From Macrostomum lignano (lineage: Eukaryota), in the NCBI GenBank assembly GCA_002269645.1, contig NIVC01000461.1, positions 124,001-188,000 of the forward strand: a stretch of 64,000 nt of DNA. The letters run 5' to 3'. Position numbers and translations under genes: made by a program. Under the pieces are notes generated by a model, which was not told the origin of the DNA, ran no database searches, and saw only the letters and a program-made list of their open reading frames with translations. This document shows, piece by piece, positions 45,621 to 58,925 of this stretch (position 1 is the first letter of the stretch; each line of letters opens with the position of its first letter).

Positions 45621-48600
45621 ATGAGTCATCAACGCCTGATCCAAGCGCTGGTATTCGCAGCTCTGGTCGCGCTGCTAGTCTGCCAGACCGAGGCTGATCC
45701 GGCCAAGAAGTGAGCTGGGAATTGGGGCAGAGGGCGGCTGCGGGGTAAGTGATTGGCATGGGGAAGGGAGGGGGTGGCTGGGGTGAGTGATTGGCATGGG
45801 GAACGGAGGGGGTGGCTGGGGTGAGTGTTTGGCATGGGGAAGGGAGGGGTGGCTGGGTGAGTGTTTGGCATGGGGAAGGGAGGGGTGGCTGGGGTGAGTG
45901 ATTGGCATGGGGAAGGGAGGGGTGGCTGGGTGAGTGTTTGGCATGGGGAAGGGAGGGGTGGCTGGGGTGAGTGATTGGCATGGGGAAGGGAGGGGTGGCT
46001 GGGGTGAGTGTTTGGCATGGGGAAGGGAGGGGTGGCTGGGGTGAGTGATTGGCATGGGGAAGGGAGGGGTGGCTGGGGTGAGTGTTTGGCATGGGGAAGG
46101 GAGGGGGTGGCTGGGGTGAGTGTTTGACATGGGGAAGGGAGGGGTGGCTGGGTGAGTGTTTGGCATGGGGAAGGGAGGGGTGGCTGGGGTGAGTGATTGG
46201 CATGGGGAAGGGAGGGGTGGCTGGGGTGAGTGTTTGGCATGGGGAAGGGAGGGGTGGCTGGGGTGAGTGATTGGCATGGGGAAGGGAGGGGTGGCTGGGG
46301 TGAGTGTTTGGCATAGGGAAGGGAGGGGTGGCTGGGGTGAGTGTTTGGCATAGGGAAGGGAGGGGTGGCTGGGGTGAGTGTTTGGCATGGGGAAGGGAGG
46401 GGTGGCTGGGGTGAGTGATTGGCATGGGGAAGGGAGGGGTGGCTGGGGTGAGTGATTGGCATGGGGAAGGGAGGGGGTGGCTGGGGTGAGTGTTTGGCAT
46501 GGGGAAGGGAGGGGTGGCTGGGGTGAGTGTTTGGCATAGGGAAGGGAGGGGTGGCTGGGGTGAGTGTTTGGCATGGGGAAGGGAGGGGGTGGCTGGGGTG
46601 AGTGTTTGGCATGGGGAAGGGAGGGGTGGCTGGGGTGAGTGTTTGGCATAGGGAAGGGAGGGGTGGCTGGGGTGAGTGTTTGGCATGGGGAAGGGAGGGG
46701 TGGCTGGGGTGAGTGATTGGCATGGGGAAGGGAGGGGTGGCTGGGGTGAGTGATTGGCATGGGGAAGGGAGGGGGTGGCTGGGGTGAGTGTTTGGCATGG
46801 GGAAGGGAGGGGGTGATTTGCATTCGTGTTGATTCTCAGATCTTATCGATTATAACAACTCGTATGTGCTTTCAATAAGTTCACAATGTTCGTTCGCGAG
46901 TGAATCATTCTAAATAAAGGCTTTCAGTGACCAAAAAAGTTTTTAGTGCTTTCGCCGGTTCAGAAATTTCTCTTTATCACTGGCTGTTTGCGGAGCATCC
47001 GGGCTTTCAAGTCATAGAGTCGGATTCCCCAGCTGAAGTGGAATAGCTAGCTGGGCGCACGCAAGGCCCCGGTAAAAGTTCACGCTGGCATCAGGTCCTG
47101 AGCTTCTTGGAGGAAAATTCCTTAAAGTTTTCAAAAAAATCCCTGCTATTTAATCAAACCAGTTTTGTTCCATTGTTACTAATTCCTATTTCTTATGCAT
47201 TTCTTGTATATTTTTTTCGATTTGATTGCTAGCAAGTTAAGCATAGTTGGCAGCGGTTAGCAGCCCTGACTAGATAAAGCTGAGAGCTCAAGCTCATCCC
47301 CTGCTGGCAGCACTGCACAAGAAGCACAACCATAGGATCTGCTGGCTTTGCTAGTATACTCTGCAATATTGCATGTATAATTTATCAATAATTCAATTCA
47401 AGCATATTGCACATCCGCCCCCATTTTCAGAAGCGCCTCGCAACACGCCGCGCAGAGGGCCAAGTAAGCGGAGCAGTTCTGTTGCAAGAAACCCAATTAG
47501 CAAAAATTTAGGCTTTAAAATTTTCAAAGGTTAAAAAATTGAGCATAGCGAATTTGATATTGTTGGATTGGAAAGCATTTTAGCTAAGATAGGGGGCGGG
47601 AAGGCAGATTCATTTCAACGGCTTGATTGAGAATTTGATAGTCCTGAAACAGCTTGGAATTGCCTCCCCCAAAGCAAGAAGGAAATGGATGTGAAAACTG
47701 CTTACAGTCCGCTGTAAGGTGTAAAAATGTATATAAAATCCCTATACTAAAAAACATTCCACAGGCGATTCTCGGCTCCACAGGCGTTCGACTGGAAAAA
47801 GTGAGCGCTTTCAGTGCCTCGAAGTTCGTTTATTGAGAACTCAAAAAAGGAGGAACTGAGCTTTGAAATCGGGCGGATGTTGGGGGACTGGGGAAAGACA
47901 GGGTGAAAACAGCAACTCATCCGCCCGGGAGCTTAGTTGAAGAGGGGCGTGACGCCAGCCACACAATGCAACTCCAACCCCATTGCTTTTGTAGGAAGCG
48001 CTTCTCCGCTCCCCAGGCCTTTGACTGGCGGTAAGGCAACGGTGACTTCAGTCTGTTCCAGTTGCTCAGTTTCAATTGAGTCTCGTGCTCAACTGCTCAG
48101 TCGCTAACTGGCGCGACCACTTATATCGATTTTGTTTTGTCTTAAAGATTAGCAGTGTAAAAGTGCAAGTTGATAGATTAATAAAGTGAATTACTAATCT
48201 AGCCTACACGGATAAAGGAGTAGAATGGATTGCTAATCTAGCCTACACGGATAAAGGAGTAGAATGGATTGCTAATCTAACCTACACAGATAAAGGATAG
48301 AATCGATTTCTAATCTAGCCTACACAGATAAAGGATAGAATGGATTGCTAATCTAGCCTACACGGATAAAGGAGTAGAATGGATTGCTAATCTAACCTAC
48401 ACAGATAAAGGATAGAATCGATTTCTAATCTAGCCTACACAGATAAAGGATAGAATGGATTGCTAATCTAGCCTACACAGATAAAGGATACAATGGATTG
48501 CTAATCTAGCCTACACAGATAAAGGAGTAGAATGGATTGCTAATCTAGCCTACATGGATAAAGGAGTAAAATGAATTGCTAATCTAGCCTACATGGATAA

Positions 48601-51600
48601 AGGAGTAGAATGGATTGCTAATCTAGCCTACACGGATAAAGGAGTAGAATGGATTGCTAATCTAGCCTACACGGATAAAGGAGTAGAATGGATTGCTAAT
48701 CTAGCCTACACAGATAAAAGATAGAATGGATTTCTAATCTAGCTTACATGGGGGGGATAAAGGATAGACTGGATTGCTAATCTAGCCTACACAGATAAAG
48801 GATAGAATCGATTTCTAATCTAGCCTACACAGATAAAGGATAGACTGAATTGCTAATCTAGCCTACACGGATAAAGGATAGAATCGATTTCTAATCTAGC
48901 CTACACAGATAAAGGATAGAATGGATTGCTAATCTAGCCTACACAGATAAAGGATAGAATGGATTGCTAATCTAGCCTACACAGATAAAGGATAGAATGG
49001 ATTGCTAATCTAGCCTACACGGATAAAGGATAGAATCGATTTCTAATCTAGCCTACACAGATAAAGGATAGAATGGATTGCTAATCTAGCCTACACGGAT
49101 AAAGGAGTAGAATGGATTGCTAATCTAACCTACACAGATAAAGGATAGAATGGATTGCTAATCTAGCCTACACAGATAAAGGATACAATGGATTGCTAAT
49201 CTAGCCTACACGGATAAAGGATAGAATCGATTTCTAATCTAGCCTACACAGATAAAGGATAGAATGGATTGCTAATCTAGCCTACACAGATAAAGGATAG
49301 AATCGATTTCTAATCTAGCCTACACAGATAAAGGATAGAATGGATTGCTAATCTAGCCTACACAGATAAAGGATAGAATGGATTGCTAATCTAGCCTACA
49401 CGGATAAAGGAGTAGAATGGATTGCTAATCTAACCTACACAGATAAAAGATAGAATGGATTGCTAATCTAGCCTACACGGATAAAGGAGTAGAATGGATT
49501 GCTAATCTAGCCTACACAGATAAAGGATAGAATGGATTGCTAATCTAGCCTACACAGATAAAGGATAGAATGGATTGCTAATCTAGCCTACACGGATAAA
49601 GGAGTAGAATGGATTGCTAATCTAACCTACACAGATAAAAGATAGAATGGATTGCTAATCTAGCCTACACAGATAAAAGATAGAATGGATTGCTAATCTA
49701 GCCTACACAGATAAAAGATAGAATGGATTGCTAATCTAGCCTACACAGATAAAGGATAGAATGGATTTCTAATCTAGCCTACACAGATAAAGGAATAGAA
49801 TGGATTGCTAATCTAGCCTACATGGATAAAGGATAGAATGAATTGCTAATCTAGCCTACACAGATAAAGGATAGACTGAATTGCTAATCTAGCCTACACA
49901 GATAAAGGAATAGAATGAATTGCTAATCTAGCCTACACAGATAAAGGATAGAATGGATTGCTAATCTAGCCTACACAGATAAAGGATAGACTGAATTGCT
50001 AATCTAGCCTACACAGATAAAGGATAGACTGGATTGCTAATCTAGCCTACACAGATAAAGGAATTGAATGGATTGCTAATCTAGCCTACACAGATAAAGG
50101 AATTGAATGGATTGCTAATCTAGCCTACACGGATAAAGGAGTAGAATGGATTGCTAATCTAGCCTACACGGATAAAGGAATAGAATGGATTGCTAATCTA
50201 GCCTACATGGATAAAGGATAGAATGGATTGCTAATCTAGCCTACACAGATAAAGGAATAGAATGGATTGCTAATCTAGCCTACATGGATAAAGGAATAGA
50301 ATGGATTGTTAATCTAGCCTACATGGATAAAGGAATAGAATGGATTGCTAATCTAGCCTACATGGATAAAGGAATAGAATGGATTGCTAATCTAGCCTAC
50401 ACAGATAGAGGAATAGAATGGATTGCTAATCTAGCCTACACGGATAAAGGATTAGAGTGGATTGCTAATCTAGCCTACACGGATAAAGAATTGAATGGAT
50501 TGCTAATCTAGCCTACATGGATAAAGGAATAGAATGGATTGCTAATCTAGCCTACACGGATAAAGAATTGAATGGATTGCTAATCTAGCCTACATGGATA
50601 AAGAATTGAATGGATTGCTAATCTAGCCTACATAGATAAAGGATAGAGTGGATTGCTAATCTAGCCTACACGGATAAAGAATAGAATGGATTGCTAATCT
50701 AGCCTACATGGATAAAGAATTGAATGGATTGCTAATCTAGCCTACACAGATAAAGGAATAGAATGGATTGCTAATCTAGCCTACACAGATAAAGGAATTG
50801 AATGGATTGCTAATCTAGCCTACATGAATAAAGGAATAGAATGGATTGCTAATCTAGCCTACACAGATAAAGGAATTGAATGGATTGCTAATCTAGCCTA
50901 CATGAATAAAGGAATAGAATGGATTGCTAATCTAGCCTACACGGATAAAGGAATAGAATGGATTGCTAATCTAGCCTACATGGATAAAGGATAGAATGGA
51001 TTGCTAATCTAGCCTACACAGATAAAGGAATAGAATGGATTGCTAATCTAGCCTACATGGATAAAGGAATAGAATGGATTGCTAATCTAGCCTACACAGA
51101 TAGAGGAATAGAATGGATTGCTAATCTAGCCTACACGGATAAAGGATTAGAGTGGATTGCTAATCTAGCCTACACGGATAAAGAATTGAATGGATTGCTA
51201 ATCTAGCCTACATGGATAAAGGATAGAGTGGATTGCTAATCTAGCCTACATGGATAAAGAATTGAATGGATTGCTAATCTAGCCTACAAAGGCGGTGAGT
51301 GGGATTTTGCCGAAAGGAATTTAGAATAGACAGTAGTTCAAAAGCAGACCTAAAGACGAATTCAGCCTCCCAGCACCTCACACTGGCACTGCCTCTCTGC
51401 ACCCTGCAGCAAGCGGTTCTCCGCTCCCCAGGCGTTCGACTGGAAGTAAGTGGCTTTAAACTGCTCTGGGGCTTCGCCCCTGATGCTTGGCAACTAAACA
51501 GCAGTGCAAAATTAACTTTCTTTCCTTTATTCTTTTTGTTGTCTAGGAAGCGATTCTCGGCCCCTCAGGCGTTCGACTGGAGGTGAGTAGCGCGCTTTCC

Positions 51601-54250
51601 AGATGCGGTGAAAATCTGCTTGATTGCTTGCAGAACTCAATGCTGCCTTTGTTATTGCCTTGGTTTTGTCGCATTTTCAGGAAGCGGTTCTCCGCTCCAC
51701 ATGCATTCGACTGGAGGTGAGTTGGCTCGCTAATTAATAAATAGGTGCAAATATAATTATAGAATCAGTAGTAAGCTATGCCTTTAATAAAAACACTCTG
51801 ATACACTTTTTTAATATTTTAGAAAGCGATTCTCCGCTCCGCAGGCTTTTGACTGGAGGTGAGTTTGGCCAGTTCATGGACTACTGAACTGCTGCCGCTT
51901 GTCGAACTCCTTGGCTAGAATAGAGATAGCACCGGCGACAGCACAAGGGACAACACCAGGGGCAGCACCAGGGACAGCAACCGGGATAGTACCAGGGACA
52001 GTTCCAGGGACAACACCGAGGACAGCAGAGGGAGCAACACGGGGGGCAACGACGGGGACAGCACCGGGGGCAACACCGGGGACAACACCAGGGACGACAC
52101 CGGGGACAGCACCAGGGACAACACCAGGGACAACACCGGGGACAACATCAGGGACAACACCGGGGACAACACCGGGGACAACACCAGGGACAACACCAGG
52201 GACAACACCGGGGACAGCATGGGAACAACACCGGGGACAGCACCGGGGACAACACCAGGGACAGCACCAGGGACAGCATCGAGGCTAGAAGTGGGAATAG
52301 CACCGGGGGACAGCAGTGGAAGATATTTCTGCAGCAATGCAGAAAGAAAAAAGCAGATAGGTCACGACTTCTTGAAAGTTCATGACCCCAGGGTCCATCA
52401 CTTGATAAGCGTCACAGCGGCCATTACGAGTAATCTGCATCCATCATCTCATATCAATAAATTTCTTCACTTAATTTCAGGAAGCGGTTCTCCGCTCCTC
52501 AAGCATTCGACTGGAAGTGAGCCCAAGCTTATAACTGCAATTGTGATGCGCATTTTTAATAAATTATGCATTGCAATTAAGCAATTATAATTCCCTATAC
52601 AAATTCTAATTATAGGAAGCGGTTCTCTGCTCCCCAGGCCTACGATTGGAAGTGCGTAATTTAAAAAATATTTTTAATCTTACTTTTATGTTGCTAATTA
52701 CCAGAAACAAGACAGAATAATGGGTAAAAGACGAGAGTAATTATCCCTATCTGTTAGTAGTTAAATGCTTCGCCGCCTGATTAGTCTTTCTAATTTGAAA
52801 TTTTTAGGAAGCGCTTCAGTGCCCCGATGGCGTACGACTGGAAGAAGTGAGTTTGATAATTTTTAAGACAGATGCTGCAACACAGAGGCCAAAAAATATG
52901 GGGTGAATTCACTCTCTGCGATTTTTTCACAATGTTTAAATTTTAAAGCTTGGTAAATTCTGATACATTACAGTATTTAACTGGTTTTGAAGTTATGAGG
53001 AAATATTAAGGGGCCATGAAGTCAAAAAATAAAAGCACGAGGTCATGAGATACTTCATGATGTAGGAGTATGACTTCATGATGTAGGAGTATGACTTCAT
53101 GATGTAGGAGTATGACTTCATGATGTAGGAGTATGACTTCATGATGTAGGAGTATGACTTCATGATGTAGGAGTATGACTTCATGATGTAGGAGTATGAC
53201 TTCATGATGTAGGAGTATGACTTCATGATGTAGGAGTATGACTTCATGATGTAGGAGTATGACTTCATGATGTAGGAGTATGACTTCATGATGTAGGAGT
53301 ATGAGATCATGAGGTCATGAGGTTGGAGTATGACTTCATAATGTAGGAGTATGAGGTCATGAGGTAGGAGTATGACTTCATGATGTAGGAGTATGACTTC
53401 ATGATGTAGGAGTATGACTTCATGATGTAGGAGTATGACTTCATGATGTAGGAGTATGACTTCATGATGTAGGAGTATGACTTCATGATGTAGGAGTATG
53501 CTTCATGATGTAGGAGTATGACCTCATGATGTAGGAGTATGAGGTCATGAGGTAGGAGTATGACTTCATGACGTAAGAGTATGAGGTCATGAGGTCATGA
53601 GGTAGAATTATGATTTCATTATGTAGGAGTATGAGGTCATGAGCTAGGAGCATGAGGTCATAAAGCTAGGAAAATGAGGTCAGAATGGGAGACGTCATGT
53701 TGATGTGTATTACACTCATCTATAAGCCAGAGCGCGACTCATCCATTGCGTCTTTTTTCAATTCTGTGGCATCGAGTGCACCATATTTGGCTAATGCGCG
53801 CACTGCATTAGAAAGTTAAGCGCTGCAAATGCGGGAGTCGGCAACAGGGAAGTCCCAGTCAGCTCAAGGAAGACTTTTTATCGTTCTCTTTTTCATTCAG
53901 ATCGCCCAATGAATTTTAGTCACGCCCCAGTCACAGAGCGGCCCTGCTGTCGGGATTAATTCAATTGCTTTCGGCTTCATCAACTAAGAAGAGTTTATTT
54001 GGTCTATTTTAGAATATTAAAGACTGAATAGACAAATAATTTTAGTCTGCATTAATATTGCGTTGAGAATTAAATTCTATGATTAGCTGCCGGCACGGCA
54101 AGGTTAAGCAAATTCGGCAGCGGTTAGCAACAAGCTGCTGTACAGGCAACGCGTCCGGGTACCTTGGGTTCGATTCCTATCCGAAGCATCAAATATCCCA
54201 CTAAATTCCCGCCCCTCTCCAGGCGCAGGGCTGACGCTGATGAAGAGTGA
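45621..54250 (+). CDS. Secreted multi-copy neuropeptide-like precursor (nine FSAP[Q/H/M]A[F/Y]DW peptides), 12 coding exons, 158 aa
   Basis: Exons 45621-45709 (signal peptide MSHQRLIQALVFAALVALLVCQTEA), 47431-47463, 47765-47800, 47995-48030, 51410-51445, 51547-51582, 51681-51716, 51823-51858, 52481-52516, 52616-52651, 52808-52846, 54223-54250. All junctions are AG/GT and phase 2; total 477 nt. Product: ...QRA-KR-FSAPQAFDW-KKKR-FSAPQAFDW-RKR-...-FSAPMAYDW-KKRR-ADADEE*. AATAAA at about 54498. The terminal exon is the least certain. Confidence 0.9.
45745..46815. repeat. About 38-bp G-rich minisatellite, about 28 copies, each containing GGGTGAGT
   Basis: Unit gggtggctggggtgagtgtttggcatggggaagggag, starting just after the signal-peptide exon donor. 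Confidence 0.95.
48195..51290. repeat. 38-39-bp minisatellite, about 80 copies, in a peptide-precursor intron
   Basis: Unit ctagcctacacggataaaggagtagaatggattgctaat. Confidence 0.97.
51930..52280. repeat. 12-bp intronic repeat (ccggggacaaca)n
   Basis: Lies between microexons 51823-51858 and 52481-52516; produces the spurious GTTP ORF. Confidence 0.9.
53045..53650. repeat. 21-bp minisatellite
   Basis: Unit atgatgtaggagtatgacttc. Confidence 0.95.
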
Positions 54251-54669
54251 GCAGCCAGGAGCTGAAAGCCGAGGACAAACGGATGGCCTGGATGACGCCA
54301 GCAACATTAACATTGGACCCGACCATCAGACGCATGTCAGAGATGATAAAAAATAATATTTTAAGAATCAGCCCACTTATATTAATCTCACTTTTGTTCC
54401 AAGCGCTTTGAATGTCCTTCGCGAACTAAGTGTAAACCCCCAGCAGTAACCACAGTTACACCTGCCATCAAGTGTCCGCAACAATTCCGCAACAAGAAAT
54501 AAAGCTTAACAACTCATTGACAAGCAGCGGAAAGCCGTCACTGCCGCAAAAAATACGGAGTCTTATTAAATATAAAACAATATCTATATAATTATTGTTC
54601 AATGTTGACTTTTCTGCCAAAGCAGTACTAAAGGTTTGAGTGAGAAGTCTGAAGAGTCATCTCGGGGAT

Positions 54670-55025
54670 GCTCCACATTGAGGATTCCCCTCTCTGAGGA
54701 TTTCCCACACCGAGGATTCCACACACTGAGGATTCCCCACACTGAGGATTCTCCACAATGAGGATTCCCCTTACTGAGGATTCCTCACACTGAGGATTCC
54801 CTTCACTGAGGATTCCCCCACCCAGAGGATTACCCTCACTAACTATTCCCCCACGCCGAGGATTCCCCACACTGAGGATTCCCCACACTGAGGATTCCTC
54901 CACCCAGAGGATTACCCTCACTAACTATTCCCCCACACCGAGGATTCTCCACATCGAGGATTCCCTACATTGAGAATTCCCCACATTGAGGATTCCCCAC
55001 TGACTATTTCCTAACACTGAGGATA
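54670..55025. repeat. About 17-bp degenerate minisatellite
   Basis: Unit cccacactgaggattc. Confidence 0.9.
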
Positions 55026-55564
55026 AGACTGACAGTTCCTCCTAAAAGGGTCCCTACTATTTAGCCAGAAACAGAGCAAGAATGGCCCACACAGACCATT
55101 TTTACCAATGTCATTTGGCTCTCACAGCTCCGACAGTCCATCAATCAATCAATCAATCAATTCGCGAGTTATCAATAGATCCGGTGCCCAGTCGAACCGC
55201 AGCAGCCCCCCCTCCCAAACTGTCTCATGTAATATTAACTAGCGGGCAGCTCTGAAGAGCTAGGCTAGGTGGAGGTCCAAAGTGCACAGCCCAGTTCCAA
55301 GCTGGCCCGCACGAAGTGGAGAAATCTGTTCCTTCTCTCTAGACACTATTTGCTAGCCGCTGCATAATTTATGCTAATTAAACGAAACGCTTTTTACGAA
55401 GAATTTTGTTCAAGCGCGCGACTGCAATTAAGTAGCCGTGCTCATGGAACCACTGCGTGTGTGCTCACACTGTGAGCAGCTGTCGTCGCTAAATTTAACA
55501 CCGCTTTCCCCCGTCACTCTTAGGTAACCGTTTGTTAAATTAGGTAATGAGTTGGTGAGATCTT

Positions 55565-58500
55565 TATTCAGATAGGTGAAGTTCTGTATTCAGATTGGTG
55601 AATTCTGTATTCAGATTGGGGAATTCTGTATTCAGATTGGTGAATTCTGTATTCAGATTGGGGAATTCTGTATTCAGATTGGTGAATTCTGTATTCAGAT
55701 TGGGGAATTCTGTATTCAGATTGGTGAATTCTGTATTCAGATTGGTGAATTCTGTATTCAGATTGGTGAATTCTGTATTCAGATTGGTGAGTTCTGTATT
55801 CAGATTGGTGAATTCTGTATTCAGATTGGGGAATTCTGTATTCAGATTGGGGAATTCTGTATGCAGATTGGTGAATTCTGTATGCAGATTGGTGAATTCT
55901 GTATTCAGATTGGGGAATTTCTGTATTCAGATTGGTGAATTCTGTATTCAGATTGGTGAATTCTGTATTCAGATTGGTGAATTCTGTATTCAGATTGGTG
56001 AATTCTGTATTCAGATTGGTGAATTCTGTATTCAGATTGGTGAGTTCTGCATTCAGATTGGGGAATTTCTGTATTCAGATTGGTGAATTCTGTATTCAGA
56101 TTGGTGAATTCTGTATTCAGATTGGTGAATTCTGTATTCAGATTGGTGAATTCTGTATTCAGATTGGTGAATTCTGTATTCAGATTGGTGAGTTCTGTAT
56201 TCAGATTGGTGAATTCTGCATTCAGATTGGGGAATTTCTGTATTCAGATTGGTGAATTTCTGTATTCAGATTGGTGAATTCTGTATTCAGATTGGTGAAT
56301 TCTGTATTCAGATTGGGGAATTCTGTATTCAGATTGGTGAATTCTGTATTCAGATTGGGGAATTCTGTATTCAGATTGGTGAATTCTGTATTCAGATAGG
56401 TGAATTTCTGTATTCAGATTGGGGAATTCTGTATTCAGATTGGGGAATTCTGTATGCAGATTGGTGAATTCTGTATTCAGATTGGGGAATTCTGTATGCA
56501 GATTGGTGAATTCTGTATTCAGATTGGGGAATTTCTGTATTCAGATTGGTGAATTCTGTATTCAGATTGGTGAGTTTTGTATTCAGATTGGTGAATTCTG
56601 CATTCAGATTGGGGAATTTCTGTATTCAGATTGGTGAATTTCTGTATTCAGATTGGTGAATTCTGTATTCAGATTGGTGAATTCTGTATTCAGATTGGTG
56701 AATTCTGTATTCAGATTGGGGAATTCTGTATTCAGATTGGTGAATTCTGTATTCAGATTGGGGAATTCTGTATTCAGATTGGTGAATTCTGTATTCAGAT
56801 AGGTGAATTTCTGTATTCAGATTGGGGAATTCTGTATTCAGATTGGGGAATTCTGTATTCAGATTGGTGAATTCTGTATTCAGATTGGTGAGTTCTGTAT
56901 TCAGATTGGGGAATTCTGTATTCAGATTGGTGAGTTCTGTATTCAGATTGGGGAATTTCTGTATTCAGATTGGTGAGTTTTGTATTCAGATTGGTGAGTT
57001 CTGTATTCAGATAGGTGAATTTCTATATTCAGATAGGTGAATTCTGTATTCAGATTGGTGAATTCTGTATTCAGATTGGTGAATTCTGTATTCAGATTGG
57101 TGAATTCTGTATTCAGATTGGTGAATTTCTGTATTCAGATTGGTGAATTTCTGTATTCAGATTGGGGAATTCTGTATTCAGATTGGTGAATTCTGTATTC
57201 AGATTGGGGAATTCTGTATTCAGATTGGTGAATTCTGTATTCAGATTGGGGAATTCTGTATTCAGATTGGTGAATTCTGTATTCAGATTGGTGAATTCTG
57301 TATTCAGATTGGTGAATTCTGTATTCAGATTGGTGAATTCTGTATTCAGATTGGTGAATTCTGTATTCAGATTGGTGAATTCTGTATTCAGATTGGTGAA
57401 TTCTGTATTCAGATTGGTGAGTTCTGTATTCAGATTGGTGAATTCTGTATTCAGATTGGGGAATTCTGTATTCAGATTGGGGAATTCTGTATGCAGATTG
57501 GTGAATTCTGTATGCAGATTGGTGAATTCTGTATTCAGATTGGGGAATTTCTGTATTCAGATTGGTGAATTCTGTATTCAGATTGGTGAATTCTGTATTC
57601 AGATTGGTGAATTCTGTATTCAGATTGGTGAATTCTGTATTCAGATTGGTGAATTCTGTATTCAGATTGGTGAGTTCTGCATTCAGATTGGGGAATTTCT
57701 GTATTCAGATTGGTGAATTCTGTATTCAGATTGGTGAATTCTGTATTCAGATTGGTGAATTCTGTATTCAGATTGGTGAATTCTGTATTCAGATTGGTGA
57801 ATTCTGTATTCAGATTGGTGAGTTCTGTATTCAGATTGGTGAATTCTGCATTCAGATTGGGGAATTTCTGTATTCAGATTGGTGAATTTCTGTATTCAGA
57901 TTGGTGAATTCTGTATTCAGATTGGTGAATTCTGTATTCAGATTGGGGAATTCTGTATTCAGATTGGTGAATTCTGTATTCAGATTGGGGAATTCTGTAT
58001 TCAGATTGGTGAATTCTGTATTCAGATAGGTGAATTTCTGTATTCAGATTGGGGAATTCTGTATTCAGATTGGGGAATTCTGTATGCAGATTGGTGAATT
58101 CTGTATTCAGATTGGGGAATTCTGTATGCAGATTGGTGAATTCTGTATTCAGATTGGGGAATTTCTGTATTCAGATTGGTGAATTCTGTATTCAGATTGG
58201 TGAGTTTTGTATTCAGATTGGTGAATTCTGCATTCAGATTGGGGAATTTCTGTATTCAGATTGGTGAATTTCTGTATTCAGATTGGTGAATTCTGTATTC
58301 AGATTGGTGAATTCTGTATTCAGATTGGTGAATTCTGTATTCAGATTGGGGAATTCTGTATTCAGATTGGTGAATTCTGTATTCAGATAGGGGAATTCTG
58401 TATTCAGATTGGTGAATTCTGTATTCAGATAGGTGAATTTCTGTATTCAGATTGGGGAATTCTGTATTCAGATTGGGGAATTCTGTATGCAGATTGGTGA

Positions 58501-58925
58501 ATTCTGTATTCAGATTGGGGAATTTCTGTATTCAGATTGGTGAATTCTGTATTCAGATTGGTGAGTTTTGTATTCAGATTGGTGAATTCTGTATTCAGAT
58601 TGGTGAGTTCTGTATTCAGATTGGTGAGTTCTGTATTCAGATTGGTGAATTCTGTAATCAGATTGGTGAATTCTGTATTCAGATTGGTGAATTCTGTATG
58701 CAGATTGGTGAGTTCTGTATTCAGATTGGGGAATTCTGTATTCAGATTGGGGAATTCTGTATTCAGATTGGTGAATTTCTGTATTCAGATTAGGGAATTC
58801 TGTATTCAGATTGGTGAGTTCTGTATTCAGATTGGTGAGTTCTGTATTCAGATTGGTGAATTCTGTATGCAGATTGGTGAGTTTTGTATTCAGCTTGGTG
58901 AATTCTGTATGCAGATTGGTGAATT
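55565..58925. repeat. 21/22-bp satellite with a 1,630-bp higher-order duplication
   Basis: Unit ctgtattcagattggtgaatt; variant patterns recur at an offset of exactly 1630 bp. Confidence 0.97.

Noticed and set aside
45574-46823. Three minus-strand Pro/His-rich ORFs of 370-389 aa
   Set aside because: Stop-free minisatellite open in all three frames, antisense to the peptide-precursor intron.
54110-54185. tRNA-like segment with ggttcgattcc
   Set aside because: B box only, no convincing cloverleaf; at most a SINE remnant.
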